Below are positions 6,310 through 14,705 of a DNA stretch of 42,317 nt, one piece after another. Every line of letters begins with the position of its first letter. The first letter of the stretch is position 1. The position numbers and the translations under genes were made by a program. This DNA is from a virus, in IMG/VR virus record IMGVR_UViG_3300045597_000107, positions 1 through 42,317 of that record; one strand, written 5' to 3'. The notes under the pieces were generated by a model. That model was given only the letters and a program-made list of their open reading frames with translations. It did not search any database and had not been told where the DNA came from.

Positions 6310-6954
6310 CTAGATTTCGATATCGAACGGAACCGTGTACCAGACTACGCGACCGATTATCGTAATCGTTTCCGTATCTGGGACGTTATTGTCAAATACC
6401 CTCATGTGGTAGGTAGGATCCAAAGAGTCCGGTTCCAGTCCTATCCCGTTTGCAAGCATTCTGATTCGCTTCACAGTTGCGTCGTAACCGTTTACGCATA
6501 CCGCATAGACCTGACCGCTCACGACGGGTTCCTTTAGGTCTGGGTCAACGAGCACAAGAGACTTATCCGGTATGACCCGGCTCATGCTCTCACCTTCGAT
6601 TTCAAGAAAGAATGCCTTCGGATGCCTCTTTATGAGGGTGGTAGGGCAGGGGAAGCCATAGTCCCCTTCCTCCATCTCAAGAGGAGTCCCCGCCGCTATC
6701 TTTCCATAGACCTTCGTCTCAACGCTCGAGTAGTCTTGGTCGTCCCTCATGGGGATGTACGGGAGAAAGAGCATGTGAACACTAACGTCAAGGTAGCTTG
6801 CTATCTGCTTGAGCTTTTTCCAGTCAGGAATGGTGTCCTTGGACTCCCATGCCCCGACAGTTCCCTTTGATATTCCGAGGTCTTCTGCCATGTCTCGTTG
6901 AGAAATCCCCTTCTCCGCTCGAAGTCTAGCTATGTTGTCCCCTAAGACGCTCAT
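6310..6954 (-). CDS. CI/LexA-like repressor (XRE HTH plus S24 peptidase domain)
   Basis: N-terminal HTH: NIARLRAEKGISQRDMAEDLGISKGTVGAWE. C-terminal S24 motifs: EIEGESMSRVI (Ser) and DATVKRIR (Lys). Confidence 0.9.
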   Translation of the reverse strand: MSVLGDNIARLRAEKGISQRDMAEDLGISKGTVGAWESKDTIPDWKKLKQIASYLDVSVHMLFLPYIPMRDDQDYSSVETKVYGKIAAGTPLEMEEGDYGFPCPTTLIKRHPKAFFLEIEGESMSRVIPDKSLVLVDPDLKEPVVSGQVYAVCVNGYDATVKRIRMLANGIGLEPDSLDPTYHMRVFDNNVPDTETITIIGRVVWYTVPFDIEI

Positions 6955-7104
6955 TAGACCTCCTTGGCAAATATTTCTTTATCGCTTGCTTGCATATTAT
7001 CCATTTTGCCAAATTATTTTTGGCAGATGGATTGACTGCTCAAAATAAATGACCTAGTATCCAAATCGGTCAAAATAATTGACCACCCACCTTGGAGGTG
7101 AAAA
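6955..7104. promoter_or_regulatory. Divergent repressor/cro control region with operator-like dyads and a sigma70-like promoter
   Basis: Dyads: tgccaaa-ttatt-tttggca (7007-7025) and ggtcaa-aataa-ttgacc (7068-7084), plus a ttggcaaa half-site near 6964. Promoter: ttgact (7032-7037), 17 nt spacer, tagtat (7055-7060), facing cro. Confidence 0.6.
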
Positions 7105-7308
7105 ATGAGTCCCAACATTCTAAAGGAGCTGCGGGAGAGGCGCGGGGAGACCCGTCGAGAGGTGTGCATGGACGTCGGCATCACCGAGTACACCCTCCTG
7201 AGCATCGAGACCGGCAGGACACCAAATCCCGGCGTCAAGACGATCAAGGCGCTCGCCGACCACTACGGCGTATCCATGGACGAGCTGTTCGACAGCTCAC
7301 CCAACTAA
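7105..7308 (+). CDS. Cro-like XRE-family HTH regulator
   Basis: 67 aa with HTH LRERRGETRREVCMDVGITEYTLLSIETG. It is divergent from the repressor. Confidence 0.85.
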   Translation: MSPNILKELRERRGETRREVCMDVGITEYTLLSIETGRTPNPGVKTIKALADHYGVSMDELFDSSPN

Positions 7309-7516
7309 ATCGTTAGCACCACCTCGTACCTTGACAAACGCCCGCGCCGATGGCTGACACCCACCGCCGTACGAGGCAGAAGAAATAGCACCAATCGCGT
7401 ACCTGCCACGGTGGCGGCTGAGCTGACCCTCCACCCTCTCCGGAGGAACCCAGCCCCCTCACAGCCGTCGCCATGGCGGGTACGCGAGATAGGCCGCATG
7501 CGTGCGGTATGAGAGA

Positions 7517-7592
7517 CGCCACGTAGCTCAGTGGACAGAGCGCCGCCCCCCTAAGGCGGGTGCCGTCCGTTCGAATCGGACCGTGGCGACCA
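7517..7592 (+). tRNA. tRNA-Arg (anticodon CCU) with encoded CCA
   Basis: Manual cloverleaf. Acceptor cgccacg/cgtggcg; D arm gctc-agtggaca-gagc; anticodon arm ccgcc-CCCCUAA-ggcgg; T arm gtccg-ttcgaat-cggac; discriminator A plus CCA. Position 33 reads C rather than the usual U. Confidence 0.75.
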
Positions 7593-7594
7593 TG

Positions 7595-7744
7595 AGGGAC
7601 GTAGCTCAGCTGGTAGAGCTTCCGGCGTTCCCGCTCCCCGGGGTTCGACTCCCTACAAAACCACCGGTAGGGGAGGTCGGGGTGACAGGCGCGTCACAGT
7701 GCGACGCACGGAGCGTGCGGGTTCGAGTCCCGCCGTCCCTCCCA
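7595..7744 (+). ncRNA. Non-canonical tRNA-like element of about 150 nt (interrupted or internally duplicated tRNA?)
   Basis: Canonical 5' acceptor plus D arm (agggacg-ta-gctc-agctggta-gagc, 7595-7619). Canonical T arm plus 3' acceptor plus CCA (gcggg-ttcgagt-cccgc-cgtccct-c-cca, 7717-7744). The acceptor pairs 7/7. The two halves are 97 nt apart, and I could not fold a standard anticodon arm. Confidence 0.35.
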
Positions 7745-7776
7745 TTTTCTACTCGATTCGAAACAAGGAGGACCAC

Positions 7777-7956
7777 ATGGTCATCCACACGACGTTCACG
7801 AGCCTGACCGTCAAGGGCGGCAAGACCGTCATTCAGCTCGAGCTCGACCAGAACGACCTAGACGCCATTCCCGAGCTCAGCACTCTGGTCGACCACTACG
7901 TGATCACGGACATCAGCACGGCCCAGTCCAGCCTCGAGTTCGAGAACGTCTCGTAG
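7777..7956 (+). CDS. Hypothetical protein (59 aa)
   Basis: ATG at 7777 preceded by aaggagg. It is an internal start within track ORF 7699..7956. Confidence 0.55.
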   Translation: MVIHTTFTSLTVKGGKTVIQLELDQNDLDAIPELSTLVDHYVITDISTAQSSLEFENVS

Positions 7957-8038
7957 GCGAAGACATGAGCGATAGACAAGAAGAAGGCCCCGTGAAGCTG
8001 GGATGCAGACGGGGCCAACGACCTAAGGAGGTCAACAG

Positions 8039-8188
8039 ATGATTCTATCCGATTTTGCGTGGTCGGCGCTTGACAGGCTCGGAGAGAGCGTCGACTCCGT
8101 GTTCGACTACGCCGCAGAGCACGCGTGGGCGGGGTGGCTTCTCGCCATCGCGCTCGTGATCGCGGGCTCGATCCAGGACGTGAGCTAG
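8039..8188 (+). CDS. Small membrane protein (49 aa), below the ORF-track size cutoff
   Basis: ATG at 8039 after ctaaggagg. Translates to MILSDFAWSALDRLGESVDSVFDYAAEHAWAGWLLAIALVIAGSIQDVS. The stop tag at 8186-8188 abuts the next ATG. Confidence 0.5.
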   Translation: MILSDFAWSALDRLGESVDSVFDYAAEHAWAGWLLAIALVIAGSIQDVS

Positions 8189-8515
8189 ATGGGCGCCGAC
8201 GAGCAGACGAGCGTGATGGCCGACTTCTTCGAGGGGGTCATGCAGCTCGCGGCTGACGCCAAGGAGAGGCTCTCGTGCCGACAGACGGTGCGCGGGCGCA
8301 GCTACGCGCTGTCAATGGCCGTCGATTGCGGCCTCAAGCCCCAGATGGCCTACTCGGTCGTGCAGACCTCGCGCTACACGGGTGTGCCCGTCTCGACCCT
8401 CTACCGGGAGCACGACGAGGGGCGCATCGAGTTCGTCAAGCCGAAGGACAAGAGGAGGGGCTTCCTCGTGCGCGTCGAGGAGGTCGACAGATGGATGGGA
8501 GAGAACGCCGAATGA
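8189..8515 (+). CDS. Excisionase-like / MerR-type HTH DNA-binding protein
   Basis: SVVQTSRYTGVPVSTLYREHDEGRIEFVKP...GFLVRVEEVDRWM resembles Xis/HTH_17-type domains. Confidence 0.55.
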   Translation: MGADEQTSVMADFFEGVMQLAADAKERLSCRQTVRGRSYALSMAVDCGLKPQMAYSVVQTSRYTGVPVSTLYREHDEGRIEFVKPKDKRRGFLVRVEEVDRWMGENAE

Positions 8516-9891
8516 GCGAAGAGAAGAAGGCGGGCCCGGTGACCATAGCGTCGCTTGAGCTCGAGAACGTGAAGCGGGTGCGGGCCATGACGCTCGCGCC
8601 GAAGCCGGACGGCCTGACCGTAATAGGGGGCCGCAACGGCCAGGGAAAGACGAGCGTGCTGGATGCCATCGCCTGGGCTCTGGGAGGCGAGAGGAAGCGC
8701 CCCGAGCGCCCCACCAGGGACGGGGCGGCGGTTCCCGCCCACCTGAAGGTGACGCTGTCCAACGGGCTGGTGGCCGAGCGCGGCGGCAAGAACGGCTCGC
8801 TCAAGGTGAGCGACCCCGAGGGCAAGAAGGCGGGCCAGCAGCTCATCAACGCGTTCGTGGGCGAGCTCGCGCTCGACCTGCCGAAGTTCATGGCCATGGG
8901 AGACCGCGAGAAGGCCGACGAGCTCCTGCGCATCATCGGCGTTGGAGACGAGCTGGCACGGCTGGACAAGAGGCTCGACGAGCTCACCGAGGAGCGCAAG
9001 AGCCTGGGACAGCAGAAGCGGGCAAAGCGCAAGGTCGCCGAGGACGCGCCGCGCTACGAGAGCGCGCCCGACGAGCTGGTGAGCGCCGCAGACCTGGTCA
9101 GGCAGCATGAGGAGATACTCGCCAGAAACGGCGAGAACCGCAGGCTGCGCGACAGGAAGGGTCAGCTCGAGGAGCGGTCGTCCCTGGTGGCCCGCGAGAT
9201 CGTGAGCCTCACCGACCAGATGAGGCAAATCAAGGAGCGCATCGACCAGAAGTCCGAGGAGGCCGACCAGATTGCCGCCGACCTCGAGACCGCCGCCAAG
9301 ACCGTCGAGCAGCTCGCCGACGAGTCAACCGAAGAGGTCGAGCGGGCACTGGCAGACGTGGACGCCACCAACGAGATGGTGCGCGCCAACCAGCGCCGAC
9401 ATGACATGGAGGAGGAGGCAGACGCCCTTGACGCCGAGTACGCGGAGGTCAACGAGGACGTCGAGTCGGTGAGGGGCGCCCGTGCGAGGCTCCTGGACGG
9501 GGCCGACCTGCCGCTCGAGGGGCTGTCCGTGGAGGACGGCAAGCTGGTCTACCACAAGGCCACGTGGAGCGAGATGAGCGGATCTGAGCAGCTCCGGGTC
9601 GCCACCGCCATCGTGCGCAGGCTCAAGCCCGAGTGCGGATTCGTTTTGGTGGACAAGCTCGAGCAGATGGACCCCCAGACGCTCGAGGAGTTCGGGGCGT
9701 GGTGCGCCGGAGAGGGCCTTCAGGTCATCGGCACCCGCGTGGCCACGGACGGCACCTGCTCGGTGGTAATCGAGGACGGGCGCGTCGCGGGCGACGAGAG
9801 GCCCGACCCGGCGCCGGAGCCCGAGGCGTTCGACTTCGACGGCGCACCCGAGGCAGAGGCAGCAGAACCCAAGAAGTGGAAGGAGCTCTGA
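8512..9891 (+). CDS. SMC/Rad50/RecF-like AAA ATPase with long coiled coil
   Basis: ATG at 8512 overlaps the upstream stop (aATGa). Walker A: GGRNGQGKTSVLDAIAWALGG. Central Glu/Arg/Leu-rich coiled coil. C-terminal FVLVDKLEQMD. The track ORF 8275..9891 over-extends upstream. Confidence 0.8.
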   Translation: MSEEKKAGPVTIASLELENVKRVRAMTLAPKPDGLTVIGGRNGQGKTSVLDAIAWALGGERKRPERPTRDGAAVPAHLKVTLSNGLVAERGGKNGSLKVSDPEGKKAGQQLINAFVGELALDLPKFMAMGDREKADELLRIIGVGDELARLDKRLDELTEERKSLGQQKRAKRKVAEDAPRYESAPDELVSAADLVRQHEEILARNGENRRLRDRKGQLEERSSLVAREIVSLTDQMRQIKERIDQKSEEADQIAADLETAAKTVEQLADESTEEVERALADVDATNEMVRANQRRHDMEEEADALDAEYAEVNEDVESVRGARARLLDGADLPLEGLSVEDGKLVYHKATWSEMSGSEQLRVATAIVRRLKPECGFVLVDKLEQMDPQTLEEFGAWCAGEGLQVIGTRVATDGTCSVVIEDGRVAGDERPDPAPEPEAFDFDGAPEAEAAEPKKWKEL

Positions 9892-10427
9892 TGGGAAAGT
9901 TCATCGACCTTTCTGAAAGAAGGTTTGGTCGGCTGACGGTCATCAAAAGAGTCGGAACGCAACTTGGTCACCCTGTCTGGCTATGCCGATGCGATTGCGG
10001 GAGGCTAACCAAGACCACGACACCATGTCTAAAAAGCGGAAAAACTCGTAGCTGCGGATGCCTGTCCGATGAGGCGAGGCGAGCAAACGGGCGCCTCTCT
10101 GGCGGCCCGAGGCCACGGCACGGGATGTGCGGGACTCGCCTCTACAGCATCTGGAAGGCAATGCGGCAGAGATGCAATAACCCAAACGATCGCTATTTTC
10201 AGGATTACGGAGGAAGAGGAATCCACGTCTGCAACGAGTGGAACGACTTCATTTTCTTTCATGACTGGGCGATGAATCACGGATACGACCAAGAAGCGTC
10301 CTTCGGCGTCTGCACTCTAGACCGCATAGACGTCAACGGACCCTACTCACCAAATAACTGCCGATTCGTTGACATGAAAGCTCAGGCCAATAACAGAAGG
10401 CCAAGAAGAAGGAAGGTAAACAAATGA
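9891..10427 (+). CDS. Cys-rich DNA-binding protein of the RLYSIW..M..RC..P....Y..YGGRGI.VC.EW type (homing-endonuclease-associated / AP2-like); lower-GC insert
   Basis: ATG at 9891 overlaps the upstream tga. Sequence: MGKFIDLSERRFGRLTVIKR...CRCDCG...SCGC...RLYSIWKAMRQRCNNPNDRYFQDYGGRGIHVCNEWNDF. The family assignment is from memory of similar phage proteins and is not verified. Confidence 0.6.
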   Translation: MGKFIDLSERRFGRLTVIKRVGTQLGHPVWLCRCDCGRLTKTTTPCLKSGKTRSCGCLSDEARRANGRLSGGPRPRHGMCGTRLYSIWKAMRQRCNNPNDRYFQDYGGRGIHVCNEWNDFIFFHDWAMNHGYDQEASFGVCTLDRIDVNGPYSPNNCRFVDMKAQANNRRPRRRKVNK

Positions 10428-11590
10428 GCAGGTACTCGCTCACCTGCGGGACGGTCGAGACGCCGCTCAAGGTGGCAATCTACGGTCATGAGGGCATCGG
10501 CAAGACGACCCTGGCGGCGAAGTTCCCTAATACCCTGTTCATCGACATCGAGAACGGCTCGAAGCAGCTGCCCGTGGCGCGCATGCCGCGTCCGACGAGC
10601 CTGACGATGCTCATGGATGAGATATTCGAGATCAAGAGGAACGCAAAGGACTACGGCTGCTCCACGCTCGTCATCGACACCATGGACGCGGCCGAACAGC
10701 TCTGCATCGCGTCAGTGCTCGCCGAGAAGGGCATCTCCGGCATGGAGGAGCTCGACTACGGCAAGGCCTACACCTTCGTGAACGAGAAGTTCGGCCGCAT
10801 GCTCGACGCCCTTTCCGAGGTGGTCGAGAGCGGCACCAACGTAGTTCTCCTCGGTCATACGACTTTGTCCAAGTTCGAGCGACCGGACGAGACGAGCGCA
10901 TACGACCGGTGGTCGCTCAAGCTCATCGACTCGAAGAAGGCCTCAAACGCCGCACTCGTGAAGGCGTGGGCGGACATGGTCTTCTTCGCCGACTACAAGA
11001 TCACGGTCATCAAGGACGCCAAGACCAAGAAGGCCAAGGGCACGGGCGGTGAGAGGGTGCTGAGGACCGAGCACTCCGCCACATGGGATGCCAAGAACCG
11101 CTTCGGACTGCCGGAGACCATGCCACTGAACGACGCCACGGCCGAGACCATCGCCGGGCTCATGACCGACCGCGTAGCGCAGTGGGCCAAGCAGGCACCC
11201 GTGAGCGCCCCTGAGCCTTCGAGGGCACCAGCACCCGCTCCCGCACCAGCGACGCCGCCCAAGCCCACGGCGAGCGTCTCAGAGGCCCGCAGCAGGGCCG
11301 ACGAGACGGTCGACAGACTCGCGGCACAGGTCGAGCAGCTCAAGATGGACGCCCCCGCCGGCAAGCCCCCCGCGAGGCCCGACTACCCCGAGCGCATGGG
11401 CGCCCTGGCCGACCTCATGGAGCGAGACGGGGTCACGGACGCCGAGTTGAGAAAGGCGGTTGCCGAGACGGGCAACTTTCCCGAGAATACTCCGGCCACG
11501 CAGTACGAGCAGGGGTTCGTTGACTACCTCGTGGCCGGCTGGGCCAAGATCCTCGACCGCGTGAAGGTCAACCGGACGGTGCCGTTCTAG
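10424..11590 (+). CDS. Sak4-like RecA-fold ATPase (AAA_24 family) with Pro/Ala-rich C-terminal extension
   Basis: Walker A: VAIYGHEGIGKTTLAAKFP. Walker B: STLVIDTMD. It has the typical position upstream of DUF669 and a helicase. Confidence 0.8.
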   Translation: MSRYSLTCGTVETPLKVAIYGHEGIGKTTLAAKFPNTLFIDIENGSKQLPVARMPRPTSLTMLMDEIFEIKRNAKDYGCSTLVIDTMDAAEQLCIASVLAEKGISGMEELDYGKAYTFVNEKFGRMLDALSEVVESGTNVVLLGHTTLSKFERPDETSAYDRWSLKLIDSKKASNAALVKAWADMVFFADYKITVIKDAKTKKAKGTGGERVLRTEHSATWDAKNRFGLPETMPLNDATAETIAGLMTDRVAQWAKQAPVSAPEPSRAPAPAPAPATPPKPTASVSEARSRADETVDRLAAQVEQLKMDAPAGKPPARPDYPERMGALADLMERDGVTDAELRKAVAETGNFPENTPATQYEQGFVDYLVAGWAKILDRVKVNRTVPF

Positions 11591-11649
11591 GGCGCTCGAT
11601 CGGATAGTCAAACAGTAAACAAGCAGCATACAAGCGAAGGGGTTTTTAA

Positions 11650-12093
11650 ATGGCAATCGAAAACGACGCGCTGGGCTGGGACGACCCCATCGAGGCGACC
11701 GACTCCGAGTTCGTGGTGCTCGAGCCGGGCACCTACACGTATCGCGTGGACGCCTTCGACCGCGAGCGGTTCGACGGCTCCGAGAAGATGGGGCCGTGCC
11801 CGATGGCGTCGCTCAGGCTCTCCGTGGCCAACTCGGCGGGTGCCGAGGGCACCATCACGACCAGGCTCTACCTGAACAAGAAGAGCCAGTGGAAGCTCAC
11901 CGCCTTCTTCAAGTCGGCGGGGCTCATCGCCGCCGACGCCCAGAGCACGACCATGCTGCCCTGGGACAAGGTCCTGGGCGCGACAGGCCAGGTCAAGATC
12001 TCCAACCACACCTACAACGGCAAGACCTACAACGACGCGGATTCCTTCATCACGCCAGCCGCCAGCGCCGCCCCGTCCTACAAGGGGCTGTAG
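11650..12093 (+). CDS. DUF669-family protein (phage ssDNA-binding-like)
   Basis: 147 aa starting MAIENDALGWDDPIEATDSEFVVLEPGTYTYRV... Matches the usual Sak4-DUF669-helicase synteny. Confidence 0.65.
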   Translation: MAIENDALGWDDPIEATDSEFVVLEPGTYTYRVDAFDRERFDGSEKMGPCPMASLRLSVANSAGAEGTITTRLYLNKKSQWKLTAFFKSAGLIAADAQSTTMLPWDKVLGATGQVKISNHTYNGKTYNDADSFITPAASAAPSYKGL

Positions 12094-14705
12094 TGGCGCT
12101 CGAGCTGCGCCCGTATCAGCAGGAGGCCGTCGAGGCCGTCTTCTCGGAGTGGGGTGCGGGCAGGTCCCGCACCCTGCTCGTCATGGCCACGGGCGTGGGC
12201 AAGACCGTCGTCTTCACCAGCGTGGCCGAGAGGGTGGCGACAGAAGGCGGAAGGGTGCTCGTCCTCGCGCACAGGGGAGAGCTTCTCGACCAGGCGGCGG
12301 ACAAGATACGGCGCGCCACGGGGCTCGAGTGCGCGGTCGAGAAGGCCGAGCAGACCTCGCTTGGGACGTGGAACCGCGTGACCGTGGGAAGCGTGCAGAC
12401 CCTGACGCGGGAGAGCAGGCTCGAGAGCTTCGACGCCGACCGCTTCGACGCCATAGTGGTCGACGAGGCCCACCACGGCGCGTCCGAGTCGTACGTGCGC
12501 ATCCTGGAGCACTTCACGGGCGCCCGCGTGCTGGGCGTGACCGCCACGCCCGACCGAGCCGACAGGAGAGACCTCGGCAAGGTGTTCGACTCCGTTGCAT
12601 ACGAGTACGGCATGGCCAAGGCCGTCCACGACGGTTGGCTCGTGCCCATACAGGCGCAGACCGTGCCCCTCAAGGTCGACATCTCCGGCGTGTCGACCCA
12701 GTCGGGCGACTACGCGGCAGGCGAGCTGGGGGACGCCCTGGACCCCTACCTCGACGCAATAGCTGACGAGATGGCCAACGTCTGCGCGGACAGGCGCACG
12801 GTCGTGTTCCTGCCGCTCGTGAGGACCGCCAAGGCCTTCGCCGAGCGCCTGCGCGAGCGCGGCATGACGGCCTGCGAGGTGGACGGCCAGAGCGAGGACC
12901 GAGACGAGGTGCTCGCCGACTTCGACGCGGGCAGGTACCAGGTCATCTGCAACTCCATGCTGCTCACGGAGGGCTGGGACAGCCCGGCGGTGGACTGCAT
13001 CGTCGTGCTCAGGCCCACCAAGTCAAGGAGCCTCTATTGCCTCGACGAGAAGACGGAGGTCCTCACGCGAGACGGGTGGAAAAGAGACGTTGAGGTCGGA
13101 GAATACGTTCTCGCGTTCGACATCGCTTCCGGCGAGACGAGGTTTGTGCCTGCCCTTGAAAAGGTTCGTCGTCCTCTCGATCAAGACGAGTTCTTCTGCT
13201 CCATTAAGGGACAGTCCTCTGACATAAGGGTTACCAATCACCACCGAATGGTTTACGACAACAAAAGGCGTCTCGGCTGGAAGGTCAAAGAGGCTCAGGA
13301 TCTTGCTGACATGAGGGATGGAGCTTACATCCCCGTGTGCGGCAACGGGAAGTTTGCGGGAATCCCGTTAAGCGATTCAGAACTCACCTTTATCGGATGG
13401 GTCATGACAGACGGGGGCATCAACAAGAAGAACGGTCAAATAACCATAACCCAGGGCGAGCAGCAGACAGATTACTGCGAAGAGATAGAGCGTTGCATCA
13501 GGGAATGCGGATTCAAGTTCGGGAGGTCCGTATCAAAGCGTACGGATATCCATTGGAATGCTCATGGAGATGTCGTCCGATGGACCATCTCTAGGGGAGC
13601 GCCGCGCGGCCGCGACAAGGATAAGACTGGTTGGGGGCGTCTCGAACCTTGGATCTCGAAAGATCTGAGCCCCAATCTCTTCGACATGACAGAGCGCCAG
13701 TTCGCTGTGATGCTCGAGGCAATTTATCACGGTGACGGAAACAAGCACTTCAAGACAAGCTATCACATCGGGAAAGGCAATAGGGCATTCATCGAGCGTC
13801 TTCAGGCCATGGCCGTGCAGCGCGGGTATCGAGCGAGTATCAGCGTCGAAAAAACTAACGAGGTCAGGCATTGCGACCTCTGGATGATTCATATCAAGAA
13901 GCAAAGATTTGTCAAGGTCGGTTCTACATCTGGCAAACATGCCAAGTGGATCAAAGAACCGCATACGAACGAGAGCTGCTGGTGCGTTCAGAACGAGCTC
14001 GGAACGCTCATCACACGGCGCAACGGCAAAGTGGCTGTTCTAGGAAATTGTCAAATGATCGGTCGTGGGACCCGCCTGTCCCCCGAGACCGGCAAGGACC
14101 ACCTGCTCCTGCTCGACTTCCTGTGGATGACCGGGCGCCACGAGCTGTGCCGCCCCGCCGCCCTGTTCGCCAAGCGCGACGAGGTCGCCGCCCGCATGAC
14201 CGAGATCTCGCAGGAGGCGGCGGGCCCCGTCGACCTCATGGAGGCGGAGGAGCAGGCCGAGACCGACGTGCAGGTGCAGCGCGAGGAGTCGCTCGCAGCC
14301 GAGCTGGAGCGCATGCGGCACAGGAAGGCGAAGCTGGTCGACCCGCTTCAGTTCGAGCTGTCCATCTGCGACCGCGACCTCCAGGACTACGAGCCGACCT
14401 TCGCCTTCGAGCTCGCCGACCCGACGGATAAGCAGAGGGCGGCGCTGGAGAAGTGGGGCGTGAACCCCGAGGGCATGGACGCGGGCAAGGCCTCGCTCAT
14501 GCTCGACCGGCTGTCCAAGAGAAAGGAGCTGGGCATGGCCACGCCCAAGCAGGTGCGCATGCTCGAGCGCAAGGGGTTCAGGCACGCGGGCACATGGTCG
14601 TTCGAGGACGCCACCTCGATGATGAGCCGACTGGCGCACAACCGCTGGATGGTCCCGCGCGACGTGGATCCCGCCACCTACGAGCCAGGCAAGGTGGTCG
14701 CATGA
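12093..14705 (+). CDS. SF2 DEAD/DEAH-box helicase interrupted by an intein
   Basis: GTG at 12093 overlaps the upstream tag by 1 nt. Motif I: LVMATGVGKT. Motif II: VVDEAHH. Motif VI (QMIGRGTR) appears only after the 337-codon insert. The track ORF 11796..14705 over-extends upstream. Confidence 0.85.
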   Translation: MALELRPYQQEAVEAVFSEWGAGRSRTLLVMATGVGKTVVFTSVAERVATEGGRVLVLAHRGELLDQAADKIRRATGLECAVEKAEQTSLGTWNRVTVGSVQTLTRESRLESFDADRFDAIVVDEAHHGASESYVRILEHFTGARVLGVTATPDRADRRDLGKVFDSVAYEYGMAKAVHDGWLVPIQAQTVPLKVDISGVSTQSGDYAAGELGDALDPYLDAIADEMANVCADRRTVVFLPLVRTAKAFAERLRERGMTACEVDGQSEDRDEVLADFDAGRYQVICNSMLLTEGWDSPAVDCIVVLRPTKSRSLYCLDEKTEVLTRDGWKRDVEVGEYVLAFDIASGETRFVPALEKVRRPLDQDEFFCSIKGQSSDIRVTNHHRMVYDNKRRLGWKVKEAQDLADMRDGAYIPVCGNGKFAGIPLSDSELTFIGWVMTDGGINKKNGQITITQGEQQTDYCEEIERCIRECGFKFGRSVSKRTDIHWNAHGDVVRWTISRGAPRGRDKDKTGWGRLEPWISKDLSPNLFDMTERQFAVMLEAIYHGDGNKHFKTSYHIGKGNRAFIERLQAMAVQRGYRASISVEKTNEVRHCDLWMIHIKKQRFVKVGSTSGKHAKWIKEPHTNESCWCVQNELGTLITRRNGKVAVLGNCQMIGRGTRLSPETGKDHLLLLDFLWMTGRHELCRPAALFAKRDEVAARMTEISQEAAGPVDLMEAEEQAETDVQVQREESLAAELERMRHRKAKLVDPLQFELSICDRDLQDYEPTFAFELADPTDKQRAALEKWGVNPEGMDAGKASLMLDRLSKRKELGMATPKQVRMLERKGFRHAGTWSFEDATSMMSRLAHNRWMVPRDVDPATYEPGKVVA
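13038..14048 (+). mobile_element. Intein with LAGLIDADG homing-endonuclease domain (337 codons) inside the helicase
   Basis: Starts with Cys (CLDEKTEVLTRDGW) and has block B VTNHH. LAGLIDADG motifs: LTFIGWVMTDGGI and AVMLEAIYHGDGN. Ends ...VAVLGN followed by Cys+1 (tgt 14049-14051). GC is visibly lower than the flanks. Confidence 0.8.

Noticed and set aside
7548-7554. Reading the tRNA anticodon loop one register over as CUA (amber suppressor)
   Set aside because: The shifted anticodon stem would lose its base pairs (G-G and C-C clashes). Only the CCU register gives a 5-bp stem.
7595-7744. The tRNA-like element as the attP core (phage copy of a host tRNA 3' end)
   Set aside because: Both the 5' and 3' halves of the tRNA are present and pair with each other. 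The element is also 2.3 kb and four genes away from int. I kept the AT-rich region next to int as the better attP candidate, but this cannot be excluded without a host sequence.
7986-8016. Hairpin ggccccg/cggggcc after the 7777-7956 gene as a terminator
   Set aside because: The loop is 17 nt and no T-run follows. The next gene starts 23 nt later with its own RBS, so this is at best a weak attenuator.
8275-8511. N-terminal extensions of track ORFs (8275..9891, 11796..14705, 26233..28521, 29118..30473, 33234..33860, 40287..41033)
   Set aside because: The upstream parts overlap better-supported genes in other frames and translate to Arg/Gly/Pro-rich sequence. Internal starts with RBSs and stop/start overlaps give coherent gene packing.
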